From assembly GCF_022045235.1 (NCBI RefSeq), contig NW_027266319.1, positions 36,022,001 through 36,086,000 on the forward strand: 64,000 nt of DNA, in the 5' to 3' direction. Position 1 is the first letter of the stretch. Each line of letters opens with the position of its first letter. Under the pieces are notes generated by a model that was not told the DNA's origin, ran no database searches, and saw nothing but the letters and a program-made list of their open reading frames with translations. Positions 26,473-50,600 of the stretch are shown in pieces. The stretch comes from Haliotis cracherodii (Eukaryota). The position numbers were made by a program, and so were the translations under genes.

Positions 26473-27114
26473 TACCCCCATCACACAAAACTAGTTCTCA
26501 GTTCTCAATACGTTCGTGAAAATGTTGTCGAACGGGCTCCAACTGTGTATGGACGTAGTAGCAACTATTGACAGTCTTTTTACGAACTTCATCGACGGGT
26601 TCGGACGCGGAGGGTGCTCCAGAACTTCGAGTCTGCTCAAAATTTTATCCCGTCCATCCCGTTCTGCAATTAGTCGGATTGACAACGTACTTCAAACGAG
26701 AAAGTAGTAATACGAACGGATTTGCCGTTCTTCCAACGGAATTGCCGTACTTCGAACCTACCAGGGACGTGCTACGACGTGGTGCAGTCCGACATAAATT
26801 TCAGTACGTGTGCACATCGACCGGGTCAACTTCTCTTTGGAGGCATGATGTGTACAGCTCGGAGCCCTAACTTGAATGAGGACTGGCTACAACTCGCTCG
26901 GTATCCATAGGAGTCGGGCCAGGACCGGCCAGGACGGGCCAGGACGCGAATACACACGCATTTAGGACGAGATGAGGACGTACTGCGAACGAGTTGGTCG
27001 GGTTAAGAATTAGTTAGAACTGGCTTGGACGTATTGTTAACGAGGTAGAACTGGTTAAGAACGGGTTGAGAACGGCTACGGACGTGCTCGAACTACTTTG
27101 GTGTGATGGTAGCA
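26473..27114. mobile_element. PIF/Harbinger-like MITE (TTA TSD) nested in a GATCGC-rich older element (~25960-27286)
   Basis: TIR ccatcacac.aaa.tagttc / gaactactttggtgtgatgg, with TTA on both sides. Confidence 0.7.
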
Positions 27115-27703
27115 TTACGATCAAGGGTCTTCAAGTCGCTATCGGATAGCATAGATCGCTATAGGATCGCAAAAGGAGCGCTATCTGATCGTAAGTGCCC
27201 CTAGATCCTCGAAAAATGAGGAGACCTATGGCACTCCTTCAGAGCGCGTAGGGCGCAGTACAGCTTCACCTAGAGGAATGGGGGTATTACGAACGTATAC
27301 GTCTGTATTCAGACAATGATAAGACATTCCAGATCATTGAGGATAGTAATCCAACTTTTTCACTTTTCTTGTCGTAGCACTGTTTGATCTCAAACGGTAG
27401 CAAAAATCGGCACTGTGTGAACGCAGCCTAAGTCCTCAGTAAACAATATTGCAGCACCATCATACGGCTTGTAAACTGTCCATACAGCTGGTGACTTGTG
27501 ACATGAGCCGCAACAAGACAAAATGACACACAGCCTATCTTCCATCTTCCTGGTGTTGCGGATAGAGTGTCTGCCTGGGGACTGGAAGGTCGGAAGCTTC
27601 TTAAATCCCAAGGTGTCATAGAATGATGTGACATGGTGGAACCACAGCCTGAATAATACTGTTACAACAACCCAAAAATATTTTAAAACATTTTATTGCC
27701 ATT

Positions 27704-38377
<10,674 letters not shown>

Positions 38378-38608
38378 TTGTTGAGAGTTATCTACCCTTG
38401 CTCTTCATGTCGCGCTTATCATGCAAAAACGAAATGTTGTAAACAGTGACATAATTTTAACTTACTTGTGACATTTAATAACGTTGTATTTCTAACTTTG
38501 TCATGTTAACTTTGCGTACCAAAATATTTTAATCATTAGTAAATACAGAACAAATGTTTATATTTGTAGATGTTATAAGGGTTAGCACAAAAGTAAAGAT
38601 GGCTGAAA
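38378..38608. promoter_or_regulatory. Putative bidirectional promoter/5' UTR interval between ANKRD16 and FBH1
   Basis: Only 231 bp separate the two divergent start codons. Confidence 0.6.
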
Positions 38609-41600
38609 ATGGCTCGAAAGAGAAATAAGGGCAGAACGTTTAAAGTGTCCAGTGTTAATAAGATCGAAAACATCGAAGATTCAAGAACATTAGACACCGA
38701 CACACAAACACTGGAAGGTAGACCTTACTTGGAGAACGACAACTGCGCATTTGGTAAGCAAAGTTGTGTCGTGGAGGGGCCCTCAGCTTCAGGCTCTTCC
38801 GCAAGGCCTAATGAAACAGAAAGTAGAAACGCAATCGACTGTGTTCCCGGACATCATCAGCCCGTTGAGACGATAACATCAGCCGAGTGTAGTCGTAGCA
38901 ACAACACAGAGACACTGTCATATCCAAACATAAGAAAAAGAAAAATCCACCTGTCAACTTCAGACTGTCTTTCGCTCTCACAGTCATCAAAAGCTCTGTC
39001 AAAACCGTTCGAAATTCCCAAAAGTAATAAGGATCCAAATAGAGGCCTTCAACCTAGATTTAGGGTTAAATCAAAAAGGGCTTACCACTCTGCTGACAGT
39101 AAAAAGATCAAACTTGACAACAAAAAAGTAGAACAAAGCGATTGCAGCTTCCACAATGACATTATTCATGAATGTTCAACACACTCTCCTTTAGAGAAAG
39201 CCCCATTTTTCAAAAGTAGCCTTGAACATGCTGAAGAAAATTCTCTTCTATCATCATTAGGATCCTGTCAACTTCCGTCAGGATTTGCAAAGGCTTCCAG
39301 CTTAATATCTAGTCAACCTGACAGAAGTGAGGTAAGCAGAGACCAGGAAACATATCAAGGCTTATTCTCCTCTAGTCAACCAAGTGGTAACTTTACAGCA
39401 GCATCTAGTTTACTTGGATTAACAGAATCACAGTTAGAGATTGGGGGCTTTCAGTCATCAAAAGGAGCTGTGAACAGTACATACAAAAAGAGGAACAATA
39501 AATTGCAACGAGCAAAGGATAGTGCAGGACCAAATCAGAAGAATATTTCTAGTTTCTTCACCAAATCAAAAACTCATTCAACATCACCAGCAAAAGTTAA
39601 AATGGAATTACACAACAATATTGAGGAGAATGAAGAGTTTGTCCCCGTTACACACAGAAGCCCATCAAAGATGTATTCTCCAATCAAACAGATGTCAGGT
39701 GCCATCTACATCAGTGACAATAGCTGCAGTCCGGTATCCTCGCAGTCAGATAATCAGAAACAGTCCACGAAACATAGGTTTCAGGAGAATGCTTTTGTGA
39801 AAAAACTATTTGATGGTCAGAAAAAATTGACTGCAGGACAACCTTTTCCAAAGAAAAGAAGAATGAACTGTAGTAGTAATCCTCAGTCTAGTGTTTCAGT
39901 GTCCATGACAGATGCTAAGCCAAGCACATCGGTGTCAAATATTAGTAGCAAAGCAGGTAGGCAAACACAGGAGACAATGTACAAACAAACATATGGGCTG
40001 GTTGGAGAGGGTTCTGGATCGGCATTTGCAGATGTAAATGCACAAAATAACACTAACTATTTTGAAATTCTGCCCTATCATTTGATAGAGCACATTTTCT
40101 GCCAACTGCCTATTCTTGATTTGTGCCTGAACAGCAACAGAGTGTGTCGACAGTGGAATGATATCATCTCAGATACAAAGGTATGTGACTTGTTAAACTC
40201 GGTTGTAACCAAACGTCATCTTAAGCATTTTTTGGCATGATAAGAATGCACTTCTATTTTCCTTGGTTTACATATTTTTTTAAGTCCTGGCTGGTAGGCA
40301 TGGTTTAGCATGTTTAGGGTAAGGAAAAATGAAATAATCAGATGATTTGTGGTGTCAAATGTTTTTATGCATTTTTACATGTATAAGTGTAAAAATGTGA
40401 ATAAAACAGACTATTGTGAAACAGGGCATAACCAGGTGTAAGTAGATCAAGGTGACCTATGACACTTTAGGAATTATTATGGTTATCATGGTTATGGGTT
40501 GAAATAAAAGACCTATTCAGTTTCTTCACATTAACTTAAGCATGACAGGGGTAGGTTAAGTGGGTATACCAATTTAATAAAAAATCTTTTATTATCTATA
40601 TCATGCTATATATTTTCTATATATTATCTATATATCATCAGCATGATCAGTAAATGATGAATCCGATAAGAATACCTTCATCATGTTAAAAAAACGTCAT
40701 AAAGCTGTTAATCATCTTAATTTAGAGTGAGTACATAATATTAATAATAAATAACATTTGCAAAAACATGCTTAGAATAGTGGTTGAGGATATATTATCT
40801 CTTTTAGCAAATCATACATTGTACCCATGTCTGGAATCAAACCCGGGGCTTCAGCATGACGAGCGAAAGCTTTAATCACTAGGCTACCTGACTGCCCCTT
40901 TAAATTATGAACATGACTTAACAATTATGAGAGTTTGAACAAAATGCCAAATATTAATATCTCCAGACAGATTCCAATGTATCATGGCATATCATCCAGG
41001 TGACCAAGGACAAGGTGACTATGATCACAATTCATCTTGTTCATAAGCATTTAATAACCATAGGTATGTCCCTGAACTTACCTTGTAAACACATGATAGA
41101 CACTTGCCAGTCGATCCTGATGATTATTTCTCCTGGATTATGGTTTGTTTTGAAGTGGTACTACAAAATGGGCTTCATCATCATAATCATAAGATAAATT
41201 CAAACTAGTGTTTGTTTACCGGTAATGCCCAGTTTTTTGCTGGTAAAATTAGGCTTGGACTGGTAATTCATATGACTGCCAATCCCTGTGGACCGGCAAA
41301 CAGAGTACCTTATCATGCCTTATACATGTTATAAATCTTTGTTGTTTAACAAAACATTGGCGATATTCATATAGTATATATATTTGAACGAAGTCAGCTT
41401 GTCTGTTCATCAGGGTTTCCCCTGTCTATTTTTAGTCCAAGGAAATAACATTCACTTTGCTTTGAAATTAAATCTTTATTTATAACGACTTAGACCCGAA
41501 ATATTCAAAACAAGAGAGAAAATTGTTACTGAGCTTTGTGTGAATCACGTGTAGATCTATCTGAGGTACTTCAGATATGATGTTATGGCATTAAACCTGA

Positions 41601-44600
41601 TGTTGAAAGAATTAAATCCGGGTAACTTTCAAACAGTTTTTGATTTGTTGAAAGTCGGGACTGACAAAAATTAGGGGGGACTGACAAAAATTAGGGGGGA
41701 CTGACAAAAACTAGGGGGGACTGACAAAAACTAGGGGGGACTGGTAATTTTCAGAGTTGCCAGTCAACTAGGACTGGCAATTTCAAAAGCCAGCGGGAAC
41801 ACTGTGAATCATACCTTTGTTGACTCATGGATAAAAATGATATACATATGTTTGTAGTTTGTTCCATGGAAGAAGAAATACCACATGTTGAAGAAAGGCT
41901 ATGGAAATACTCTGACTGAAATCAAAAGGACAATGGCAGATTCCGAGATGACTTTGCCTTCAATGTATCTAAAAGGATTGATACGGTTTGTATTGATGAG
42001 ATTGGAAATATTGTTTTCCTATGAATACACAATGCCATTTAGAAAGTGGTCAAATGTGACAATTTGACTCAACCAAAAAAGTACGAGAATCTGTACTTTA
42101 CTACGAAAGTGTTATCCCAAATATAACATTTGTTACGTTGTTTTCCTATGATCGATCATGTTGATGATTGAAGAATTCTGAAATATACAATCCGCAGACT
42201 TATGGTAAGGATGGTAATAAGACAAGAAAAGCAATTTTGCATTGCAAATAAGTGTATCTCAAGGTTTCCAGGACAAGACACAAATTTAGAAATTATGTCT
42301 ATAATTTTTATAAAGTATACAAATATTAGAAACAATGCCATATTAACAGTGCTTTTTGATTGAAACAAAGAGATTATGATCAACATGACAACAATCGTGT
42401 TAGATATATCACACTTGACTCGGTACATCCATATGACATGTTTTGTTGAAATACGCTCATCACATGTGTGACTTTTCAGGCACATGAAGGACTTCAAACC
42501 TGTGACAGCCAGCAACATGAGTCAATGCCTCAAGGGACATCCCAAATATGGCTGGGCCAATGCTCTCATCAGGGAAAGAACTCCTGAATGTATTGAACAC
42601 GAGGTAAGCATCAGGATGTACACACAGTATGTACAGTAGAACACGGATATAATGAATGGATGGAGCGAACACAAATGGATACAACGAATTGTTACAAAAT
42701 CCCCGATTTATCTCCATATATTATCATATAAAATGTATGTTCATAACAAACTCTCTACAGCGAACTAATATTTATAGCGAATTGATATCTAATCCCCAAC
42801 AAGCCCAAACACCACTAATTAGTGACGTGTTAAGCGAACTGAGAAATCTCACTCACTGTGAAGTGTCACTGACAATTCGCTGTACGCAATCAGGGGCGAA
42901 TCAATACAATCACGGCAAATCAACACAATCAGCGGTGACGATTCAACCTTGTTAAACTTGCTTCATGTTAATATTACCCAAACATGTAATTGGACTAATC
43001 TTGTCTGTAAAACGAACATTAAACCGATGCAGTTTCACAAATGCAGTCAGCAAACAGAAGCCAGAGCAAAATCACAGACTACACATCTCTCTGTATATAA
43101 ATCGTGAAATGAATGCTATGAAGTGATCACTGCTAATACAAGTCAATGCTGCAATTACGTATATTGTGTATTGACTTATCCAAGATGGCGGACACTTCTG
43201 AGCGTAAACGTACACAATGAACAACATATATAAGTTAACAAACTCATTTCTCCAGTCCCTTGTAGTTCATTATGTCCATGTTTTGCTGTAGTATTTGAGT
43301 CCCAAACAATATATCATTGTACAGAATGAATCATTTATTGTTTATAGGCATGTAAAAGTAAGCATATTGTCTGTTTATAGGCATGTAAAAGTAAGCATAT
43401 TGTCTGTTTATAGGCGTGTAAAAGTAAGCATATTGTATGTTTATAGGCGTGTAAAAGTAAGCATATTGTCTGTTTATAGGCGTTAAAAGTATGCATATTG
43501 TCTGTTTATAGGCGTGTAAAAGTAAGCATATTGTCTGTTTATAGGCATGTAAAAGTAAGCATATTGTCTGTTTATAGGCATGTAAAAGTATGCATATTAT
43601 CTGTTTATAGGCATGTAAAAGTAAGCATATTGTCTGTTTATAGGCATGTAAAAGTAAGCATATTTGTCTGTCCATTGCAGGAAGCCAACCCCTGGTGTGT
43701 GGTCACTGCATTGGTTGTTATCTCGGACAGTGTAGGTGATGTCCAGGCTATCATAGAGGCCCTGATGGTCAGTCACTCTCAGTGTACGTCCATGGAGGTT
43801 CTAGAGTGTCTGTACTGTATTGCAACGTTCCTCTATACCTTCCGTCTCCTGGCCGGGGCTGATGTGTGGAGTGGGTAAGTAGGCAATCACTGGCTAACAA
43901 GGAGGGCTTGATTGGTTTATACTCATTTTCAATACTAAATGTTAGTGTGTGCACTATTGGTATTCTATGCCCTGAACCTTGTTGTTTCAGCATGGACTAT
44001 CAAGTGTTCTATGCCCTGTACCTTGTGTTTCAGCATGAATTATTGAGTGTTCTGTGCCCTGTACATTGTTTCAGCATGCACTATCGAGTGTTCTATGCCC
44101 AGTACCTTGTGTTTCAGCATGCACTATCGAGTGTTCTATGCCCTCTACTTTGTGTTTCAGCATGCACTATCGAGTGTTCTATGCCCTGTACCTTGTGTTT
44201 CAGCATGCACCATCGAGTGTTCTTTGCCCTGTACCTTGTGTTTCAGCATGCACTGTCAAGTGTTCTATGCCCTGTACTTTGTGTTTCAGCATGCACTGTC
44301 AAGTGTTCTATGCCCTGTACTTTGTGTTTCAGCATGCACTATCGAATATTCTATGCCCTGTACCCTGTGTTTCAGCATGCACTATTGAGTGTTCTATGCC
44401 CTGTACATTGTGTTTCAGCATGCACTATCGAGTGTTCTATGCCCTGTACTTTGTGTTTCAGCATGCACTATCGAGTGTTCTATGCCCAGTACATTGTATT
44501 TCAGCATGCACTATCGAGTGTTCTATGCCCTGTACCCTGTGTTTCAGCATGCACTATCGAGTATTCTATGCCCTGTACATTGTGTTTCAGCATGCACTAT

Positions 44601-47600
44601 CGAGTGTTCTATGCCCTGTACTTTGTGTTTCAGCATCCACTATCGAGTGTTCTATGCCCTGTACCCTGTGTTTCAGCATGCACTATCGAGTGTTCTATGC
44701 CCTGTACATTGTGTTTCAGCATGCACTATCGAGTGTTCTATGCCCTGTACTTTGTGTTTCAGCATGCACTATCGAGTGTTCTATGCCCTGTACTTTGTGT
44801 TTCAGCATGCACTATCGAGTGTTCTATGCCCTGTACCCTGTGTTTCAGCATGCACTATCGAGTGTTCTATGCCCTGTACATTGTGTTTCAGCATGCACTA
44901 TCGAGTGTTCTATGCCCTGTACTTTGTGTTTCAGCATCCACTATCGAGTGTTCTATGCCGTGTACCCTGTGTTTCAGCATGCACTATCGAGTGTTCTATG
45001 CCCTGTACATTGTGTTTCAGCATGCACTATCGAGTGTTCTATGCCCTGTACTTTGTGTTTCAGCATGCACTATCGAGTGTTCTATGCCCTGTACTTTGTG
45101 TTTCAGCATGCACTATCGAGTGTTCTATGCCCTGTACTTTGTGTTTCAGCATCCACTATCGAGTGTTCTATGCCCTGTACATTGTGTTTCAGCATGCACT
45201 ATCGAGTGTTCTATGCCCTGTACTTTGTGTTTCAGCATCCACTATCGAGTGTTCTATGCCCTGTACCCTGTGTTTCAGCATGCACTATCGAGTGTTCTAT
45301 GCCCTGTACATTGTGTTTCAGCATGCACTATCGAGTGTTCTATGCCCTGTACTTTGTGTTTCAGCATGCATTATCGAGTGTTCTATGCCCTGTATCTATA
45401 TGAGAATGCTTCAGTGACCAGCCACAGCATGCTTCAAGAGGCCATGACATCGTCCAAAGCTGGTCAGCAAACCATCGTCAAATATAGGTATGCTTATGCT
45501 TTGTTTAAACATATACATCTATTTTAAAGTTTAATCGCAGTAATAAACTGACCAACACAAGGAAATAAGTGCTTGTTTATGCCTCAGTAACATTTGCCTG
45601 GGCGGCCATGGGGTCTGAAATATCTACGACCAACAGCAATCACAGGGCCGCCGCAGCATTCCCACGGTCACATACTGTAGCAGTCACATATGTTAGGGTA
45701 GCCGCACGGCGTATTTTGAATTTGTGGAGACAGAAAACCTGCCGCTGCCGTACAGCCTTTTAAGTGGTGACGCACGGTCGGCTTATGGGCGTCCTTGTGG
45801 CGGCCATAGTTTTTTTACAAATACCAAGGCAGACGCTAGGTAGGCGCAGGACACCCGCAGGGAAACCATGCGGCCAGACTGACTTTACTACTACACAGAG
45901 CAGCAGCACTGCAGACACAAGGCCACCGTATGCCCGACGTATACCCGCCGTTAACAGCATGGCTACGGAGTGTCTAATTGTCTACATGTCTATTGCTACA
46001 GCGAACCTAGAAATTTAAAAAGTTATAACTCCGCGCTATAATTCCACGGCGACCCTTATGGTCTGTAAAAGATGACCCTGAGGCCACTGCAGATACTCTG
46101 TGGCCCTTACAGGTATCTCTCATTTTCGGGGGGATATGGCCGCCGTATCCCAGCCCTAGAGCAAATGTGACTGAGGCATTATTCACCACAAGTTGCAGTT
46201 TATTGTTATGTCCCACATTGTGGTGCTTCAGATGGTAGGGCGGTCGGGTAGCCTGGTGGTTAAAGCATTCGCTCCTCACGCCGAAGACCCGGGTTCGATT
46301 CTCGACATGGGTACAATGTGTGAAGCCTATTTCTAGTGTCCCCCGCCGTGATATTGCTGGAATATTGCTAAAAGCTCATTGCTAAAAGCTCACTCACTCA
46401 CTCAGATGGTAACCAATAACTCATGTCATTGATTGTCATGCAATTATTGAATAAAACAAGTCACTGTGCCTGACCATCTGATACAATCCTTTTAGGACAT
46501 ATTTAGGACACAAGATCTGTGTTATGTGCCTGTGAGTATATCATGATAGGAAACCAAGGTTACAACAAACTCAAAGGGGCCACTAATTTTTTATTTGTTA
46601 TAACCATAGTCCGTTATAAGAATATATACAGCATATAAACAGCAAATGGCTGAGTCCAAAAATTAAGTTTGTCATATCCGTCAGTTCGTTATAAGGGTGT
46701 TCGTTATAAACATAGTTTAATGTATATGTATGTTGGTAACCATGGTTACTTATAACTTTCCAGCCGAGGGGACACACTGGTGCGACTGACACACGAACAA
46801 CTGAGAATCGTCAAGCACTCACCTAATCACGGGGACTGTGTCAAGATTGTAGCCTTTGCAGGTGAGTTCTTTCATGTATAACAGCTTCTACTCCAGGGAA
46901 GCAAAAATAACAGCAACACTCCGGCTCTACATCAGTAGGGGCGGTCGGGTAGCCTAGTGGTTAAAGGGTTGGCTCGTCATGCAGAAGACACGGGTTCGAA
47001 TCCTGACATGGGTACAATGTGTGAAGCCCATTTCTGGAGTCCCCCACCCTGATATTGCTGGAATATTGCTAAAAGCGGCATGAAACCAAACTCACTCCTT
47101 CTGCATCAGTAGGATGACAACACTATTGAGAAAAATGATACCAACATGCTAGAGGTGAAATGATACGTCGGTGCTGCTGTGCATCGTGAGTTTTCTTGGA
47201 TCGATACCAGAGGATACACTTGCTAGAATAATTGACTTACTACTCGTTTAATGACACCTGTCATTTTTATTAGTCAGATATAGGAAAGAATAGGTGGTAA
47301 TTAGCGTTTCACGGTTACTACTGAGAATTGTATCACAACAGACATTAATAATGTTTGAGCTTGTAGTTATTTGTAGAGGGGGCACAGGTGGCCAAGTCGT
47401 CTAAGGCGCCGCGATTCGCTGTGCAGAGTTGTGTCCCTTGGGCACGTCAGAAACCTATGATTGTGGGTTCGAATCCTGGTTCGCTCCGATTATGTTTCTA
47501 GGTTTGTCAGCACCATACCCGTGCTCGTGGGTTTCACCGAAGTGGTAAACATCTGAGACCTGCATCACTTGGGGCTTTCCTCCCACATTAAGCTGACACG

Positions 47601-50600
47601 CCGTGATATAACTGGAATATTCTTAAAAGCGGCATTAAACCCAACTCACTCACTCACTATTTGTAGATGATGGGCTGTAAATATTTACAGATACCCAGGA
47701 TATCATCGATAGGTGTACACGATACTTGAATCAGCAGTGTGTAAGATAGCAATGTGCTATAAATAGAACAGGAACTAATTCCCGTAATGGCAGTAGTAGC
47801 ATCGCGCCATCTGTAGCAGGCAGAACACGAGGACATGGTGACTGAGGCCACGCTGAATAACTGTTACATTTAATAACCATCCCTTCATTTTTTCTTGTGG
47901 TTTTCATCGTTAAAGTTTTGGAGTTAACAATAAATAACAATAAATAAATGTTTGAAGAAAGAGGTTTTACGGCTGTGATTTCATCATTTCTTACTATTTG
48001 ATGTGTAACATGATACCTGTAGTATCATCAGTCCGTATCTTGATACAAATCATATCGCAAGATAGTAAGCGATACTCAGATCTACCATGAAGTATTGAAG
48101 GTACAGCAAGACCTCAGTCATGGGTCTGTAGAACAGATGTCTCATTGTTCGTTTGTTTGAGACAAGCAGAGTGTTGGTATTTAACCATGTCGGTGTTAAA
48201 CCATCTGTCAGGACTCTAAGGGTTTATGGAATGTGAGTAAGCTAGGTTTCACTGTATAACTCTTTGGTTACATTATAAAAAAAATGTCATTATATGCCCA
48301 GATCACCCATTAGGCATAAAAAAAATATAAAAGAATTGGTTCTCAAGCAAAGTTTTTTAAAAATATAGTGCGGGCAGGCAGTGCCATTTCTTTTTTCTTC
48401 TTTTTTTGCTGGGGGTTTCAAACAAGTATAAACAGTTGTGTAACCAGATAAACAATTGTGTACAATCAACCTGGGAAAGGGCCTCCCTACATAAATGTAT
48501 TCCTTGATGAGTAAAATACTGGAATACAGTATTTGACTACCATTGGACTTGAAATATTTACATAATATATATATAATATGATTTTTACATATTTTTCTTG
48601 AAAATGAAAATAAAACTTAAATGTGCGGCAGACTTTATGATAATGCGGGCAGTGCCTGAGAACCAAGAGTATTATTTTTTTAGCCTTACTGTTCCCATGT
48701 CACATATCCACTGTGGAGATGTTGTGTTATAGGGACCGGCAAGACAACGACTCTTGTTCGATTCACCCAGCTGAGACCTGACAAGAAGTTCCTTCTGGTT
48801 GTGTACAACAAGTTAGTATATAATTACCGGTCTATCAGACACCCTGTCCAGTTGGGGGAGATTTACTTATTTTACCTATATCCTGACTTATCCTGACTCA
48901 TACGCTATAGCACCCACCCAGCTGTCCAGCTGTGAAATGAGAGAGTGAAGAGTATACGAGCCTGGTCACATGGTTCCAGTGCATCTGCACTGCTCAGGGG
49001 TGTGTTTGGGTCAGCTGTTCAGGAAGTTTCCACTAGCTTTCAGAAATGATATGAGATAAGCAATTAGTATGAGTCAGGATAATTATAAATAATATTTTTA
49101 CTGTAAAACATGCATTTTTGAATAAGTAATTTATGATCATAATTATCGCTGATAAAAGATAAACCTTTGAAGCAAATATCATGGGAAGGTAAGTCTTCTG
49201 AAAAGCATATGCAAAAGGACTTTACCCAGGTGTAGAATTTGTTCGTTTTGAAGTATTGATATTTTCCTGATGCATTCACAGTTGTGTGTATACTTTAGCA
49301 ATGATGTATGTTTCAGGTCAGTTCGGGAACATGCAGAGAAGACGTTTCCTCGCAATGTCACTTGCAAAACAGGCCATGCTTTGGCCTTTGCCTCTGTAGG
49401 ACGCAGGTAGGCCTCATGTTGGCACATTTATCTTATGACTGAGTGTGGACCCAGATCAAATAAGTAATGCAAGTGTTGACCCAGATCCTAACATGAGGCA
49501 TGAAATTGATACAAGTGTTGTCCCAGAGCCTAACATGAGTCATGAAATTGATACAAGTGTTGTCCCAGATCCTAACATGAGTCATGAAATTGATACAAGT
49601 GTGCTCCCAGATCCTAACATGAGTCATGAAATTGATACAAGTGTGCTCCCAGATCCTAACATGAGTCATGAAATTGATACAAGTGTTGTCCCAGATCCTA
49701 ACATGAGTCATGAAATTGATACAAGTGTGCTCCCAGATCCTAACATGAGTCATGAAATTGATACAAGTGTTGTCCCAGATCCTAACATGAGTCATGAAAT
49801 TGATACAAGTGTGCTCCCAGATCCTAACATGAGTCATGAAATATATACAAGTGTGCTCCCAGATCTTAACATGAGTCATGAAATTGATACAAGTGTTCAC
49901 CCAGATCCTTACATGAGTCATGAAATTGATACAAGTGTTGTCCCAGATCCTAACATGAGTCATGAAATTGATACAAGTGTTCACCCAGATCCTTACATGA
50001 GTCATGAAATTGATACAAGTGTTCACCCAGATCCTTACATGAGTCATGAAATTGATACAAGTGTTGACCCAGATCCTAACATGAGTCATGAAATTGATAC
50101 AAGTGTTGACCCAGAGCCTAACATGAGGCATGAAATTAAAACAAGTGTTGTCCCAGATCCTAACATGAGTCAATATGTGCTATTTAGTCCAATGATATTT
50201 AGCTTAGGAAAGTAGGCTTGGATGTGGCAAGGATGGCAGCTAGACTTTGCCAAATAGGCTAGTTAGTGGATGCTCTTGTCTCAGGAATATAGCTACAGGT
50301 TATCACATGATGATACCATAAAGCCCAATTTGCTGACGCAAGTGCTCAGGCTTTTTTTCCTTGGGAACGTTAGTTGAGATGTCCGAAAAAATTCTATGAA
50401 CATTTCCTATATTACATTGTGTGTTCTTGACAGATATGCTGCACGGAAGAAGCTGAGAAATCTAAAGGTGTATGAGATATCCCAGATCCTTCCCTCCAGA
50501 AAGGGAGACAACTTGTTTGTAAGGGCAAAGTTTGTGATGGAGACCATCAACAACTTCTGCAGCTCTGACAATGACAACATCACAAGTGCCCACGTTCCTG

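Noticed and set aside
43866-45527. 553-aa hydrophobic ORF and parallel frames
   Set aside because: Translation of the 43-bp array. Only 45365-45487 is a supported FBH1 exon.
49433-50215. 256-aa and 246-aa repetitive ORFs on both strands
   Set aside because: The 42-bp unit is a multiple of 3. It lies between FBH1 exons that splice in frame without it.
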